This document shows positions 9,346-19,684 of a stretch of 64,000 nucleotides of DNA, piece after piece. The notes under the pieces are model-generated. The model was not told the origin of the DNA. It saw nothing but the letters and a program-made list of their open reading frames with translations, and did no database searches. Where the stretch lies: positions 1,152,001 through 1,216,000 of the forward strand of contig CAVSCK010000004.1 in NCBI GenBank assembly GCA_963726455.1, read 5' to 3'. The stretch's first letter is position 1. Each line of letters begins with the position of its first letter. Source of the DNA: an uncultured bacterium (lineage in GTDB: Bacteria > Zixibacteria > MSB-5A5 > CAIYYT01). The translations under genes and the position numbers were made by a program.

Positions 9346-10734
9346 CTACTTCGGCCCCACCATCTTCTCCGGCCTTACAACTTCGTCAAACTTTTCTGCG
9401 GTCAACAAACCCAGTTCCACCGCCGCTTCCTTCAAGGTCGTGCCTTCCTTATGCGCCTTCTTGGCAACCTTGGCCGCATTGTCATAACCGATATGCGGAT
9501 TAAGTGCCGTCACCAGCATCAACGACTTGTTCAGCAGGTTATTGATGTTCTCCTTGTTCGGCTCGATCCCCACCGCACAATGTTGGTTGAACATATCGCA
9601 CGAATCCGCCAACAATCTGATCGACTGCAGCAGGTTAAAGATCATCACCGGCTTGAAGACGTTCAGCTCGAAATTGCCCATACTCCCCGCAACCGCAACA
9701 GCATTGTCATTGCCGATCACCTGAACGCAAACCATCGTCATTGCCTCCGGTTGCGTCGGATTGACCTTGCCCGGCATAATCGACGACCCCGGCTCGTTCT
9801 CCGGAATCCTCAGTTCGCCGATTCCGCAACGGGGACCCGATGCCAGCCAGCGTACATCATTGGCGATCTTCATCAGTGAACAGGCCAGCACCTTCATCGC
9901 GCCCGAGGCCTCGACAATCGCGTCGTGCGCGGCCAGTCCCTCGAACTTGTTCCTGCCGGTGATAAACGGCTTACCTGTTATCTTGGCAATCGCTTCCGCC
10001 GACTTGACCGCAAACTGCGGATGCGTATTCAATCCGGTGCCGACTGCCGTCCCACCGAGCGCCAATTCGTAAAGATGCGGCAGACAGTTGTTGATCCTCT
10101 CCAGGCCGCAGGTGAGTTGATGCACATAACCGGAGAATTCCTGCCCTAGTGTCAGCGGCACGGCGTCCATCAAATGCGTCCGGCCGATCTTGATAATGTC
10201 CTTAAACTCAACCGATTTCTTCTGCAGCGTATCCCGCAACTGTGTTACCATCGGAATCAGCCGATTATGAATCGACTCGACCGCCGCTATATGCATCGCT
10301 GCCGGGAAGGTGTCGTTCGACGACTGGGCCTTGTTGACATCATCGTTTGGGTGGATCGGTTTCTTCGATCCCATCACGCCGCCTGCCATCTCAATCGCGC
10401 GATTCGAAATGACTTCGTTGGCATTCATGTTCGTCTGTGTGCCCGAACCGGTCTGCCAGACCACAAGCGGAAAATGGTCATCCAACTTTCCCTCAATAAC
10501 CTCGTCGGATGCCAGAATTATCAGGTCGGCTTTGTCTGCCGGCAGCAATCCCAATTCTTTGTTGGCCATTGCCGCGGCTTTCTTGAGAATGCCAAACGCG
10601 CGAATCAATTCATGCGGCATCCGTTCGCCGCCGATCTTGAAATTCTCCAGCGACCGGGCCGTCTGGCAGCCATAATAGCGGTCAGCCGGGACCTTCATCT
10701 CCCCCATTGTGTCCGTTTCTATTCGGTAATCCAT
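9346..10734 (-). CDS. fumC: class II fumarate hydratase
   Basis: [13 protein letters not shown] signature, plus [12 protein letters not shown] and [10 protein letters not shown]. Start placed at MDYRIETD after an AGGAGG RBS. Confidence 0.97.
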   Translation of the reverse strand: MDYRIETDTMGEMKVPADRYYGCQTARSLENFKIGGERMPHELIRAFGILKKAAAMANKELGLLPADKADLIILASDEVIEGKLDDHFPLVVWQTGSGTQTNMNANEVISNRAIEMAGGVMGSKKPIHPNDDVNKAQSSNDTFPAAMHIAAVESIHNRLIPMVTQLRDTLQKKSVEFKDIIKIGRTHLMDAVPLTLGQEFSGYVHQLTCGLERINNCLPHLYELALGGTAVGTGLNTHPQFAVKSAEAIAKITGKPFITGRNKFEGLAAHDAIVEASGAMKVLACSLMKIANDVRWLASGPRCGIGELRIPENEPGSSIMPGKVNPTQPEAMTMVCVQVIGNDNAVAVAGSMGNFELNVFKPVMIFNLLQSIRLLADSCDMFNQHCAVGIEPNKENINNLLNKSLMLVTALNPHIGYDNAAKVAKKAHKEGTTLKEAAVELGLLTAEKFDEVVRPEKMVGPK

Positions 10735-10776
10735 GAAATCCTCCTGATATGACATAATAAGTATATGATGTCAGGC

Positions 10777-10804
10777 AGATTACACGAAAGCCACCGATTG
10801 TCAA
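10777..10804 (-). promoter_or_regulatory. sigma70-type promoter of fumC
   Basis: Minus strand TTGACA, 16-bp spacer, TAATCT. Confidence 0.55.
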
Positions 10805-10967
10805 CCGGAAATTGAGTTCGCTGAGGCCCGACAAATTTCCGCCGCGTCAATGGACGCGACCAGAGGCGCTCGCCCCAGTGCATCAGAATCTAATCCTTGG
10901 GAACAACAGACGCGATCTTGCCTCGCTGCGAAATCAGTCAGCGAGGTAGATGCTTATCAGGATAATT

Positions 10968-11159
10968 CTAGTGGACTTTTTCGGCCTTGCCGGCTTTAAG
11001 GCAACGCGTGCAGATCGACACCTGCTGAACCCGCCCGTTTACGCGAGCCCGCACCCGGCGCAAATTCGGGTTGAACCGCCGATTGGTCATGTTGTGCGCG
11101 TGGGACACGGTGTGGCCGAACATCGGCTTCTTGCCGCAATAATCACAAATTCTCGACAC
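10968..11159 (-). CDS. rpmB: 50S ribosomal protein L28 (Zn-ribbon form)
   Basis: [33 protein letters not shown]...CTRCLK. GTG start after GGAGG; 63 aa. Confidence 0.96.
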   Translation of the reverse strand: MSRICDYCGKKPMFGHTVSHAHNMTNRRFNPNLRRVRARVNGRVQQVSICTRCLKAGKAEKVH

Positions 11160-11287
11160 GTCAAATCCTCCAAAAATACAGACTTCTATAATAACCATAA
11201 TTCCCGCCAATGCAAGAAATTCCTGACAATATTTTTTTTATTCAAATTAGCACTTGATTAACTCAAGAAACGTATTTCCTTTGGAAT

Positions 11288-11455
11288 GCCGGGAGGCCCA
11301 GATATTTAGACCGGATATCCCCGGCCTGGTTAGAATGGCGTGGCTGACGCCAAATGCCCTAACCAAACATAATTTGATTCGGCTTTCCCATTGGACGGGA
11401 AGGTTGACATGTCAAACACCAAACCTAACAAGCTGAGGGCCTCCCGGCTCTTTTT
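11288..11455 (+). ncRNA. candidate structured non-coding RNA (~160 nt), family unassigned
   Basis: Perfect 12-bp end pairing GCCGGGAGGCCC (11288-11299) with GGGCCTCCCGGC (11437-11448), several internal hairpins and a 3' T-run. No credible ORF. Strand inferred from the T-run. Confidence 0.5.
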
Positions 11456-11501
11456 ATATCCCCCCACATCCCCGCCCTTGCTGTCTAAATACAGATTTTC
11501 C

Positions 11502-11530
11502 TTGCATCTATAATGCCCTGTTTCTACTTT
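11502..11530 (+). promoter_or_regulatory. sigma70-type promoter of purL
   Basis: TTGCAT, 17-bp spacer, TACTTT, then a GGAGG RBS. Confidence 0.6.
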
Positions 11531-11555
11531 CCCTGCTCTAACGGCTGGAGGAAAC

Positions 11556-13787
11556 ATGGCGGATCCGAATATCACCCCCGAATTAGTGGCTGAACATGGG
11601 CTCTCTTCCGAGGAATACGAACGCATCAAGTCCATTCTCGGTCGCGAACCCAGTTTCACCGAATTGGGCGTATTCTCCGTCATGTGGTCCGAACACTGTT
11701 CCTACAAGAACTCGATTGCACTGATCAAAACCCTGCCTCGCAAAGGCAAAGGCCTCCTGACTGAGGCCGGCGAGGAAAACGCCGGCGCTGTCGATCTCGG
11801 CAACGGCATGGCCGTCGTCTTCAAAATCGAATCGCACAATCATCCGACTGCGGTCGAACCCTATCAGGGCGCCGCGACCGGTGTCGGCGGCATCCTGCGT
11901 GACATCTTCTGCATGGGCGCTCGCCCCATTGCCGCTCTCAATTCGCTGCGTTTCGGCCCGCTGTCCGAAGCGCGTTCGCGATTTCTCTTTGACGGTTCTG
12001 TGCGCGGCATTGGTGACTACGGCAACTCGTTCGGCGTGCCCACGGTCGGCGGCGAGGTCTATTTCGAGGACTGTTACTCCGCCAATCCCCTGATCAACGC
12101 TATGGCTGTCGGCATCTGCAAAACCGACCGCATGGCCTCCGCGACCGCCAAAGGCGAAGGCAATCCCGTATTCATCGTCGGTTCTTCAACCGGCCGCGAT
12201 GGTATACACGGCGCTACGTTCGCTTCCGAAGAAATTTCCGAGAAATCAGAGCTCAAACGCCCGTCCGTTCAAATCGGCGACCCCTTCACCGAGAAATTGC
12301 TTCTGGAAGCCACTCTCGAAATCATCAGGGAAGACCTGATCGTCGGCGTGCAGGACATGGGCGCGGCCGGAATCACCTGCTGCAGTTCCGAAATGGCGGC
12401 GCGCGGCAAAAGCGGCATCGAAATCAATCTCGATCTCGTTCCCGTCCGTGAGGATCGCATGACCGCCTACGAAATCATGCTTTCCGAATCACAGGAACGC
12501 ATGCTCGTGGTCGGCAAGAAAGGCAAAGAACGCGAGATCAACGAAGTTTATCGCAAGTGGGATCTTAATTGCGTCGAAATCGGCAAAGTCACCTCCGGTG
12601 GCAACATGAAAGTCTGGATGGGCGGCAAAGTCGTCGCCGATATTCCGGCGGATGACCTTGTCCTGGGTGGCGGTGCGCCTGTTTATACCCGCGAACAGCG
12701 CCGTCCAGCTTATCTGGATGAAACAGTGAGCTTCGATTTCACCAGTCTCGCGATCCCGCACGATTTTAACGAAATCCTGAAACAACTCGTTTCGTCGCAC
12801 AATATCGCATCCAAACGTTGGGTTTTTGAACAATACGATTCCATGGTGCGCACCAACACAGTCACCGGCCCCGGCGCGGATGCCGCCGTGATCCGTGTTA
12901 GGCACACGCCGAAAGCATTGTCTCTCGCAACCGACTGCAACGCCCGCTATTGTTATCTTAACCCGCGTCGTGGCGCACAAATTGCCGTAGCCGAATCGGC
13001 GCGCAACGTCGCCTGCTCCGGCGCGCGACCGGTGGCGATCACCAACTGCCTTAATTTCGGCAATCCCTACAAGCCCGAGATGTATTACATGTTCGCTGAG
13101 GCCGTTGCCGGCATGGGCGAAGCTTGCCGCGTGTTCGAAACCCCGGTCACCGGCGGCAATGTGTCATTCTATAACGAAGACCCGGAGCGCGCTGTTTATC
13201 CAACCCCGACTATTGGTATGCTCGGCATCATTGATGACATCGCACATTACATGACCAGCAACTTCAAGGAATCGGGTGACCTGATCGCGCTCATAGGAAC
13301 GACCAAGGACGAACTGGGCGGGAGTGAATACCTCAAGGAATTCCACGGCCTGATCAAGGGCGATGCACCGTCAATCGATCTCGACTTCGAGAAGTGCCTG
13401 CAACGTTTCATCCTCGAAGCCATCAAAAGTAGTCTCGTCAAATCCGCCCACGACATCTCCGAAGGCGGCCTTGCCGTGGCTCTCGCCGAATGCTGTTTCG
13501 GTGATCGCGAACATCTCATTGGCGCCAAAGTCAGCTTCAAGCTCGATCTCCGTGCGGACGCCCTCTACTTCGGCGAATCACAGTCCCGGGTGATCTTGTC
13601 CCTCAATTCCGACAAGCGCGGTTCCTTGTCTCAACTTGCTTCCTCGATGAACATCCCGATTGCCTTCATCGGCGAAATCGGTGGCGACCGCCTCCAAATC
13701 AACCGCGACATCAATCTGCCTGTCCTCGACCTCTCGGACGCTTTCTACGACTCCATCGGCAAAGCCATGCACCAACCGACACGATAG
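11556..13787 (+). CDS. purL: phosphoribosylformylglycinamidine synthase subunit PurL (small type)
   Basis: [40 protein letters not shown] and GGNVSFYN motifs; 743 aa. Confidence 0.97.
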   Translation: MADPNITPELVAEHGLSSEEYERIKSILGREPSFTELGVFSVMWSEHCSYKNSIALIKTLPRKGKGLLTEAGEENAGAVDLGNGMAVVFKIESHNHPTAVEPYQGAATGVGGILRDIFCMGARPIAALNSLRFGPLSEARSRFLFDGSVRGIGDYGNSFGVPTVGGEVYFEDCYSANPLINAMAVGICKTDRMASATAKGEGNPVFIVGSSTGRDGIHGATFASEEISEKSELKRPSVQIGDPFTEKLLLEATLEIIREDLIVGVQDMGAAGITCCSSEMAARGKSGIEINLDLVPVREDRMTAYEIMLSESQERMLVVGKKGKEREINEVYRKWDLNCVEIGKVTSGGNMKVWMGGKVVADIPADDLVLGGGAPVYTREQRRPAYLDETVSFDFTSLAIPHDFNEILKQLVSSHNIASKRWVFEQYDSMVRTNTVTGPGADAAVIRVRHTPKALSLATDCNARYCYLNPRRGAQIAVAESARNVACSGARPVAITNCLNFGNPYKPEMYYMFAEAVAGMGEACRVFETPVTGGNVSFYNEDPERAVYPTPTIGMLGIIDDIAHYMTSNFKESGDLIALIGTTKDELGGSEYLKEFHGLIKGDAPSIDLDFEKCLQRFILEAIKSSLVKSAHDISEGGLAVALAECCFGDREHLIGAKVSFKLDLRADALYFGESQSRVILSLNSDKRGSLSQLASSMNIPIAFIGEIGGDRLQINRDINLPVLDLSDAFYDSIGKAMHQPTR

Positions 13788-13836
13788 AAATGAGATACTG
13801 AAGGGAGGGCGGCCAATTTGAATATCCACAGTCCCC

Positions 13837-13943
13837 GTAGTCGCGCACGGCAGTGCGCCTCATTTCCCATCATCTCCCGTAGTCGCGCACGGCAGTGAGT
13901 CTCATTTCCCATCATCTCCTGTAGTCGCGCACGGCAGTGCGCC
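13837..13943 (+). repeat. upstream REP tandem array, 3 x 42 bp
   Basis: GTAG at 13837, 13879 and 13921. Unit GTAGTCGCGCACGGCAGTGCGCCTCATTTCCCATCATCTCCC. Confidence 0.93.
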
Positions 13944-13956
13944 ATAGAGCCCTGAA

Positions 13957-14487
13957 ATGAATGACAATGAACGACCCCGATCTCATCGACTTAAGGGCTA
14001 CGACTACTCTCAAGAGGGTGCCTATCACCTCACTATTTGCGCCCACAACCGTCAGCACCTGTTTGGCGGTCTACATGGAGAAGTTGTTGATTTAAGCCGC
14101 ATAGGACTCATCGTCAAAGAAGAATGGTTTCGTTCGGAAGTCATTCGCTCAGAGCTCATTCTCGACGAGTTTATGATCATGCCAAACCACTTTCACGGAA
14201 TAGTCTTCATCAGCTTCGGAAACGAACTCCGTAAGCCGGTAGTCCAGCAAGCGCACTCCCGTGCGCAACTACAAAGACAGCGTCGCTCAGTCAGCTCCTT
14301 TGTTGCTCAGTTTAAGTCCGTCGTCACTACTCGCATACGTAAGGAAATCAGTCAGAATATACGTCAAGTGTGGCAGCCAAACTTCCATGATAGAATCATT
14401 CGTGATGAAGATGAACTTCTCAAGACACGCCAGTACATACGCGATAACCCTCTAAAGTGGTCACTTGACGAGTACTTTTCGGAATGA
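13957..14487 (+). mobile_element. REP-associated tyrosine transposase (RAYT, IS200-like Y1 HUH nuclease)
   Basis: RLKGYDYSQEGAYHLTIC, MPNHFHGI (HUH) and WQPNFHDRIIRDEDELLKTRQYIRDNP (catalytic Tyr). Flanked by GTAG-REPs. Confidence 0.92.
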
Positions 14488-14509
14488 TTCGCAAGAAACT
14501 CTGTTTGGC

Positions 14510-14908
14510 GTAGTCACGCACGGCAGTGCGCCTCAATCTCCATCATCTCCCGTAGTCCCGCACGGCAGTGCGCCTCAATCTCCATCATCTCCCGTAGTCA
14601 GGCACAGCAGTGCGCCTCAATCTCCATCATCTCCGGTAGTCCCGCACAGCAGTGCGCCTCAATCTCCATCATCTAGTGTAGTCCCGCACGGCAGTGCGCC
14701 TCAATCTCCATCATCTCCCGTAGTCCCGCACAGCAGTGCGCCTCAATCTCCATCATCTCCCGTAGTCCCGCACAGCAGTGCGCCTCAATCTCCATCATCT
14801 CCCGTAGTCCCGCACGGCAGTGCGCCTCAATCTCCATCATCTCCCGTAGTCCCGCACGGCAGTGCGCCTCTGCGTGCATTCGGACTACGCACTGCCGTGC
14901 GTGACTAC
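14510..14908 (+). repeat. downstream REP tandem array, 9 x 42 bp plus one inverted copy
   Basis: GTAG at 14510, 14552, 14594, 14636, 14678, 14720, 14762, 14804 and 14846, with near-identical linker TCAATCTCCATCATCTCCC. Inverted copy at 14889-14908. Confidence 0.95.
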
Positions 14909-15001
14909 ATCTGTGCCCTTCAATCAAAAAGCCGGCGAATCACTCCACCGGCTTCATTATTTTCTCACAGGCATGATCCGCCTGCTGTCGTACCGTTGAA
15001 A

Positions 15002-15208
15002 CTACTCCAACATGTCGTAGAGATCGAGTTCGGTCTCCAGCGTATAGTTGTCGCCGTTCTTCCGCTCCGAAATATTGAGCGCCATCAGTCGGTTATTCTT
15101 CTCGAACAACAGCAGCAATTGTCCCGAATTCCCCGGTTGCATAAATCCCTTCAGTTCCGCTCCACGCAGCTCTCCCTGTTTGCTGATAAATACTTCGCTG
15201 AGCTTCAT
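15002..15208 (-). CDS. small hypothetical protein (68 aa)
   Basis: MKLSEVFISKQGELRGAELKGF..., preceded by GGAGG; fills the gap between the array and hutU. Confidence 0.6.
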   Translation of the reverse strand: MKLSEVFISKQGELRGAELKGFMQPGNSGQLLLLFEKNNRLMALNISERKNGDNYTLETELDLYDMLE

Positions 15209-15395
15209 CTCTTCCTCCAATGAAGTTCGAGTTTCTTGATTTGGGCAAGTAATGGACTAAGTAACGCGCCGAGGTATCTCGCCACGGCGGTCTGATACTA
15301 TATAAACGCCGCTACTCATGCAAACATAAAATACAAACATTTCCCCTCGCCCATCAGGAGAAGGGTAAGAGGCGAGGGAGTCGCACATTCCCCCG

Positions 15396-15424
15396 TTGAC
15401 TCCCACTCCTTCTCTGTATAACTT
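15396..15424 (+). promoter_or_regulatory. sigma70-type promoter of hutU
   Basis: TTGACT, 17-bp spacer, TAACTT. GGAGG RBS downstream. Confidence 0.55.
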
Positions 15425-15444
15425 ACCCTAAACCGGAGGTAACC

Positions 15445-17104
15445 ATGGAAACCACTGCCACTCGCAATATCAAAGGCGCACCGCTCTCCTGCAAGGGTTG
15501 GGCACAGGAAGCGGCGTTGCGCATGCTCAACAACAACCTCGATCCTGATGTCGCCGAAGATCCCAAAAACCTGGTCGTCTACGGCGGTTCCGGCAAAGCC
15601 GCGCGCAATTGGGAATGTTATCACGCCATCGTCCGCAGTCTCAAGTCATTGGAGAACGACGAGACCTTGCTGGTACAATCCGGCAAACCGGTCGGCATTT
15701 TCCGCACGCATGACTATGCCCCACGCGTCCTGATCGCCAATTCCAACATCGTCCCCCATTGGGCAACCTGGGAGAAATTCCGCGAACTGGACAAGCTGGG
15801 CCTCATCATGTACGGTCAAATGACCGCCGGCTCCTGGATTTACATCGGTACGCAGGGTATCCTGCAAGGTACCTACGAAACCTTCGCCGCCTGCGGTGAC
15901 AAACATTTCTGCAATGACATCAAAGGGCGACTGATCCTCACCGGCGGTATGGGCGGGATGGGTGGCGCCCAGCCGCTGGCTGCCACTATGAATGGCGCGA
16001 TCATGCTCTGTGTCGAGGTCGACGAGCATCGCATCGACCGCCGCATCGAAACCCGCTATTGCGACCGTAAGGCACGAAACATCGACGAAGCTCTCAAGTG
16101 GGTTGACGAAGCCCGGAAGAAGAACGAGCCGATATCCATCGGCCTTGTCGGCAATTGCGCTGATGTCGTGCCCGAATTGGTGCGCCGCAATATCGTCCCC
16201 GACATGGTGACCGACCAGACTTCCGCACATGACGAACTCAACGGCTACGTCCCGAATGGCATGCATTATGAAGAAGCCATCCGTCTGCGTCAATCCAATC
16301 CGCAGGAATACATCAAGCGCTCCAAAGATGCTATGGTCGTCCACTGTCAGGCCATGATCGACCTGCAGAAGAAGGGCGCTGTCGTGTTCGACTACGGCAA
16401 CAACCTTCGCGGTCAGGCCTTCGCGCACGGCCTCAAGACCGCATTTGCGTTTCCCGGTTTTGTGCCCGCCTACATTCGCCCGCTATTTTGTCAGGGCAAA
16501 GGACCATTCCGATGGGCAGCGCTATCGGGTGATCCAAATGACATCGCCGTCACCGATGAAGTCGTCAAGAGAGAATTCTGCGTACAATCCTGCACTTGTC
16601 CGCTGGATTGATCTCGCCGCCAAGCGCGTGAAATTCCAGGGACTTCCCTCGCGCATCTGTTGGCTCGGTTACGGCGAGCGCGCCAAATTCGGCCTGATTA
16701 TCAACGACCTCGTCAAGTCAGGCAAGATTTCCGCGCCCTATCGTCATTGGTCGCGACCATCTCGATTGCGGTTCGGTCGCTTCCCCCAATCGCGAAACCG
16801 AATCGATGAAGGACGGCTCCGATGCCATCGCCGACTGGCCGCTGCTTAAATGCGCTGCTCAATACCGCTTCCGGCGCGTCCTGGGTCAGCATCCATCATG
16901 GCGGCGGCGTGGGTATCGGCTACAGCATCCATGCCGGTCAGGTGATCGTCGCCGACGGCACCGACATGATGGCCAAACGTCTCGAACGCGTCCTGACCAA
17001 CGACCCCGGTACCGGCATTATGCGCCATGTCGACGCCGGCTACGACGAAGCCAAGTCGTTCGCGAAGCAGCACCCGGACATTAAGACTTCCGATGGCGGA
17101 GTAA
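15445..17104 (+). CDS. hutU: urocanate hydratase, interrupted by four apparent +1 frameshifts (sequence error or recent pseudogene)
   Basis: [26 protein letters not shown] and DQTSAHD. The protein continues in shifted frames as [10 protein letters not shown]..., [21 protein letters not shown] and [22 protein letters not shown], ending LPMAE* at 17104. Confidence 0.93.
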
Positions 17105-17111
17105 GGGAAGT

Positions 17112-18182
17112 GTGATGGACGAGCGTAAGCAAAGGCAGGAGGAAGCCGGAGTTGAAGACGTTTCTGCTTTGTTCAAGGAAGTGTTCTTAGACCAAGCACG
17201 GTCTGTACGGGAGACGGGGCGATGCAACCTTGACTCCGAGATCGTACAGAAATGGGTGAAGTCAGTTTGGCAGTTCAATACCGAGAACACGACGAGCATT
17301 GATTCTTCACTGAAAGTCGAACTAACCGCGCTCAACGCTTGCTCTGTGGCAGTCGGCGCATTGGCTTCATGTGTCCTCAGCCGAGATCATTTTGAAAGAC
17401 CACTTCCCGTAACTTGGGGCGGAAAGTCCCATGGAGAAGCGAATTTCGCCCTTTGGTGCCTGTTGACTCAATATGTCAATTGCTCACTTTCGGTGGTTCA
17501 ATTGTGCCAATATGGATTCGAAAGTTCGGCAAAGATTATAGTACGAACACTGCTAGAGATGGCCCGGATTCTTGTAGTAGTCGCAGCTGATTCGGGCTAC
17601 ATGCAATCCTACCTCAATGCGAGCAAGAACTCTCAGGGCAAGAGCGAGCGGAAGGGAAAGGCGCGGACGGATGAACGTCTGAATCGACACGGGTGGAACG
17701 AGTGGAAGCGAAAGGCGGGGACGGATGAGGTCCTGAAGCGACTCAGGAAGATTGAGTGCCAAATAGGTCTCAGCGAACAGTGGGCAAACTACATGCTCGG
17801 TAAACGGAACGTTGCTTACTCCCACCTCTGCCTGCCAGCACATGCGAACCATCAGGAGATGATAGAGTGTAGTTTCCTTCCCTCCCATGCTGACGACGAC
17901 CAAGTCAAATCCACCATGTTCGGTGCTCAATCTCCGGGGCTCAAACCCTCACTGGAAGAAGCAATCAACACAACTCTCATCCTATTGGTTGAGCTCAAGA
18001 CGGTTTTCCAAAGTATCCACCGGTTTTCAGCAACTGACCGACACGATAACTGGAAGAACTTCGAGTATCTATACAGCACCATGATTCTCATTTGGCTCTC
18101 CTATTTCACAGAAGGGTCTACTGGGGACGAACCCAGTGAATACTTGAGACGATTGGGGATTGATGTTGAAGCACAAGTGTGA
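17112..18182 (+). CDS. hypothetical protein, DUF5677-like
   Basis: 356-aa ORF with [11 protein letters not shown] and YSHLCLPAH motifs (RxxxE...YxxLxxxxH pattern). Codon usage differs from its neighbours. Confidence 0.6.
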   Translation: MMDERKQRQEEAGVEDVSALFKEVFLDQARSVRETGRCNLDSEIVQKWVKSVWQFNTENTTSIDSSLKVELTALNACSVAVGALASCVLSRDHFERPLPVTWGGKSHGEANFALWCLLTQYVNCSLSVVQLCQYGFESSAKIIVRTLLEMARILVVVAADSGYMQSYLNASKNSQGKSERKGKARTDERLNRHGWNEWKRKAGTDEVLKRLRKIECQIGLSEQWANYMLGKRNVAYSHLCLPAHANHQEMIECSFLPSHADDDQVKSTMFGAQSPGLKPSLEEAINTTLILLVELKTVFQSIHRFSATDRHDNWKNFEYLYSTMILIWLSYFTEGSTGDEPSEYLRRLGIDVEAQV

Positions 18183-18239
18183 CATCGCGAGATAGAATCT
18201 GTAACCCACCCAGCGGGTGGGAATTTCCGCGATATCTGC

Positions 18240-18544
18240 TCATTAACTCGCGTACGGGCTTGGTTTCCACGCCCTCTTCCCAATTTGGCAAGCGCTCTTT
18301 CGATCCCGACCGTCCTGCTCTTGGCGAAATCATCGCCTACTTCAAATATCTCACCACCAAGGAAATCAATTCACTGACACACTCACCCGGTAAGAGAATC
18401 TGGCAACGTAACTACTATGAACACGTAATTCGAGACGAGCAGGATCTCGCCGAGAAGAGGAAATACATCCTGAACAACTCCTTGAAATGGGAACTTGATG
18501 AATTCTACGTGGAGACGCATGGCAAGCAGGGCAAGGAGACCTAG
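18240..18544 (+). pseudogene. C-terminal remnant of a second RAYT transposase
   Basis: LGEIIAYFKYLTTKEIN...IWQRNYYEHVIRDEQDLAEKRKYILNNSLKWELD. The N-terminal YDY and HUH motifs are absent. Confidence 0.8.
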
Positions 18545-18680
18545 CCCCTACGTGCGCTATGTACTCGAACATTGGAGCTACGTACTTGGCCGATTTCGCG
18601 AATCCGCGTAGGGGTTTGGTCTCCAAACCCTCACGCTTCTTTCGCATCAATTTTCCCGGGCAAGGGAACCTGGCCCCTAC
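18528..18680. repeat. second GTAG-REP family in alternating orientation
   Basis: Copies at 18528-18551 (-), 18608-18631 (+) and 18658-18680 (-). Consensus GTAGGGG-N3-GGT-YY-CC-N3-CCC. Degenerate copy at 18252-18275. Confidence 0.8.
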
Positions 18681-18725
18681 TCGAACATGTTCACACCATC
18701 TGTCGATACCTACTTTCGTCGCAAA

Positions 18726-18757
18726 TAAAAAAACGGGCGCACTCTCGCGCGCCCGTT
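18726..18757 (-). terminator. intrinsic terminator
   Basis: AACGGGCGC/GCGCCCGTT stem followed by a T-run on the minus strand. Confidence 0.7.
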
Positions 18758-18781
18758 CTATTCTCGTGTGATACTCTTGTC

Positions 18782-19630
18782 TTAATGCCCGGCTACCGTC
18801 CCCGGCCGCACGGTCACGTCAACCGGTTGCTTCAATTGGAATGTCACCTCGGTACCGGCATGATAAACAATATCCTTCTTGCCGGTCGCCGCTGCCGCGC
18901 CTGCGCCTGCTGCTGCTCCCGCTGCGGCGCCAATCGCGGTACCACCCTTCTTGCCGGTGATTTTGCCGATAATCGCGCCCGCTAGCGCGCCGCCACCGAT
19001 CATTTCGGCGTCGCGATTGGTATGCGATCCCTTCTTCTCGGAAATCATATTCGTACTGATCGGAATCTCGTTTCCCGTCGCGTCGGTAAAACTCACCAGA
19101 CTAAAACTCACTTCCGCCGGTGTTTTCAAACGCCCGGATTCCACGACATTGTCGAGTATTCCCGTCACCGCCGTCCCCTGCTCCAACACCATCTTGCCGT
19201 CAACATAAATCGGTTCCGCCAGCAATGCCCGGAACCTGTTGCCGGTTGTGTTGACATCAGTGTCGATCGAGTCAACCAGCGTCACCTTCACCGGCGTTTC
19301 CGGCGGAATTGTCACCACCTTCGCCTGGGGTATCGTCTGTTTCTGTTCGTCACTCGACGCCTTGATCACATTTTCCTGTGGCTGTACCGCCGGCTTGCTT
19401 TCGTGCTTTTTCTCCGTCGGTGTGACTGCCGGCTTCGATTCCGGAGTCTGCACCGGTGTCTCTACCGGCTTTCCCGCCACAGCGCTGCCGCCGTCGGCCT
19501 CTGTTTGCTGGGACTGCTCTACCGTGCCCTGTTGCTGCGTTTGATCTGCCTTCTGCTCCGCTTTCTTGCTGCAGGCCCCGATCAGTACTACTGCGAGCAC
19601 GCCGATAAATAGGAACCGTAGTTTTCTCAT
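18782..19630 (-). CDS. lipoprotein with low-complexity linker, beta-rich domain and glycine zipper
   Basis: LIGAC lipobox, Q/P/T-rich linker, TIPPETPVKVTL...SGRLK region, and IGGGALAGAIIG...AIGAAAGAAAG zipper. Confidence 0.8.
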   Translation of the reverse strand: MRKLRFLFIGVLAVVLIGACSKKAEQKADQTQQQGTVEQSQQTEADGGSAVAGKPVETPVQTPESKPAVTPTEKKHESKPAVQPQENVIKASSDEQKQTIPQAKVVTIPPETPVKVTLVDSIDTDVNTTGNRFRALLAEPIYVDGKMVLEQGTAVTGILDNVVESGRLKTPAEVSFSLVSFTDATGNEIPISTNMISEKKGSHTNRDAEMIGGGALAGAIIGKITGKKGGTAIGAAAGAAAGAGAAAATGKKDIVYHAGTEVTFQLKQPVDVTVRPGTVAGH

Positions 19631-19684
19631 CTTGACCTCCTGTTCAATTTTAATATCGACCGACGCGGTCTCGGAATCCTGCGT

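Noticed and set aside
11500-11550. Purine riboswitch upstream of purL (TATAAT...GTTTCTAC)
   Set aside because: The required stems and CCGTAAA loop are missing. The sequence is better explained as a TTGCAT-N17-TACTTT promoter.
14510-14908. CRISPR array
   Set aside because: The sequences between palindromes are near-identical rather than unique spacers, there are no cas genes, and GTAG-palindrome units flank a RAYT.
14465-15223. 252-aa ORF with SAPQSPSSPVVPH repeats, and minus-strand EAHCRA ORFs
   Set aside because: By-product of a 42-bp (14-codon) stop-free repeat. It overlaps the RAYT end and the opposite-strand gene.
16570-17104. Programmed frameshifting in hutU
   Set aside because: Four successive shifts without slippery heptamers is implausible; sequence error is more parsimonious.
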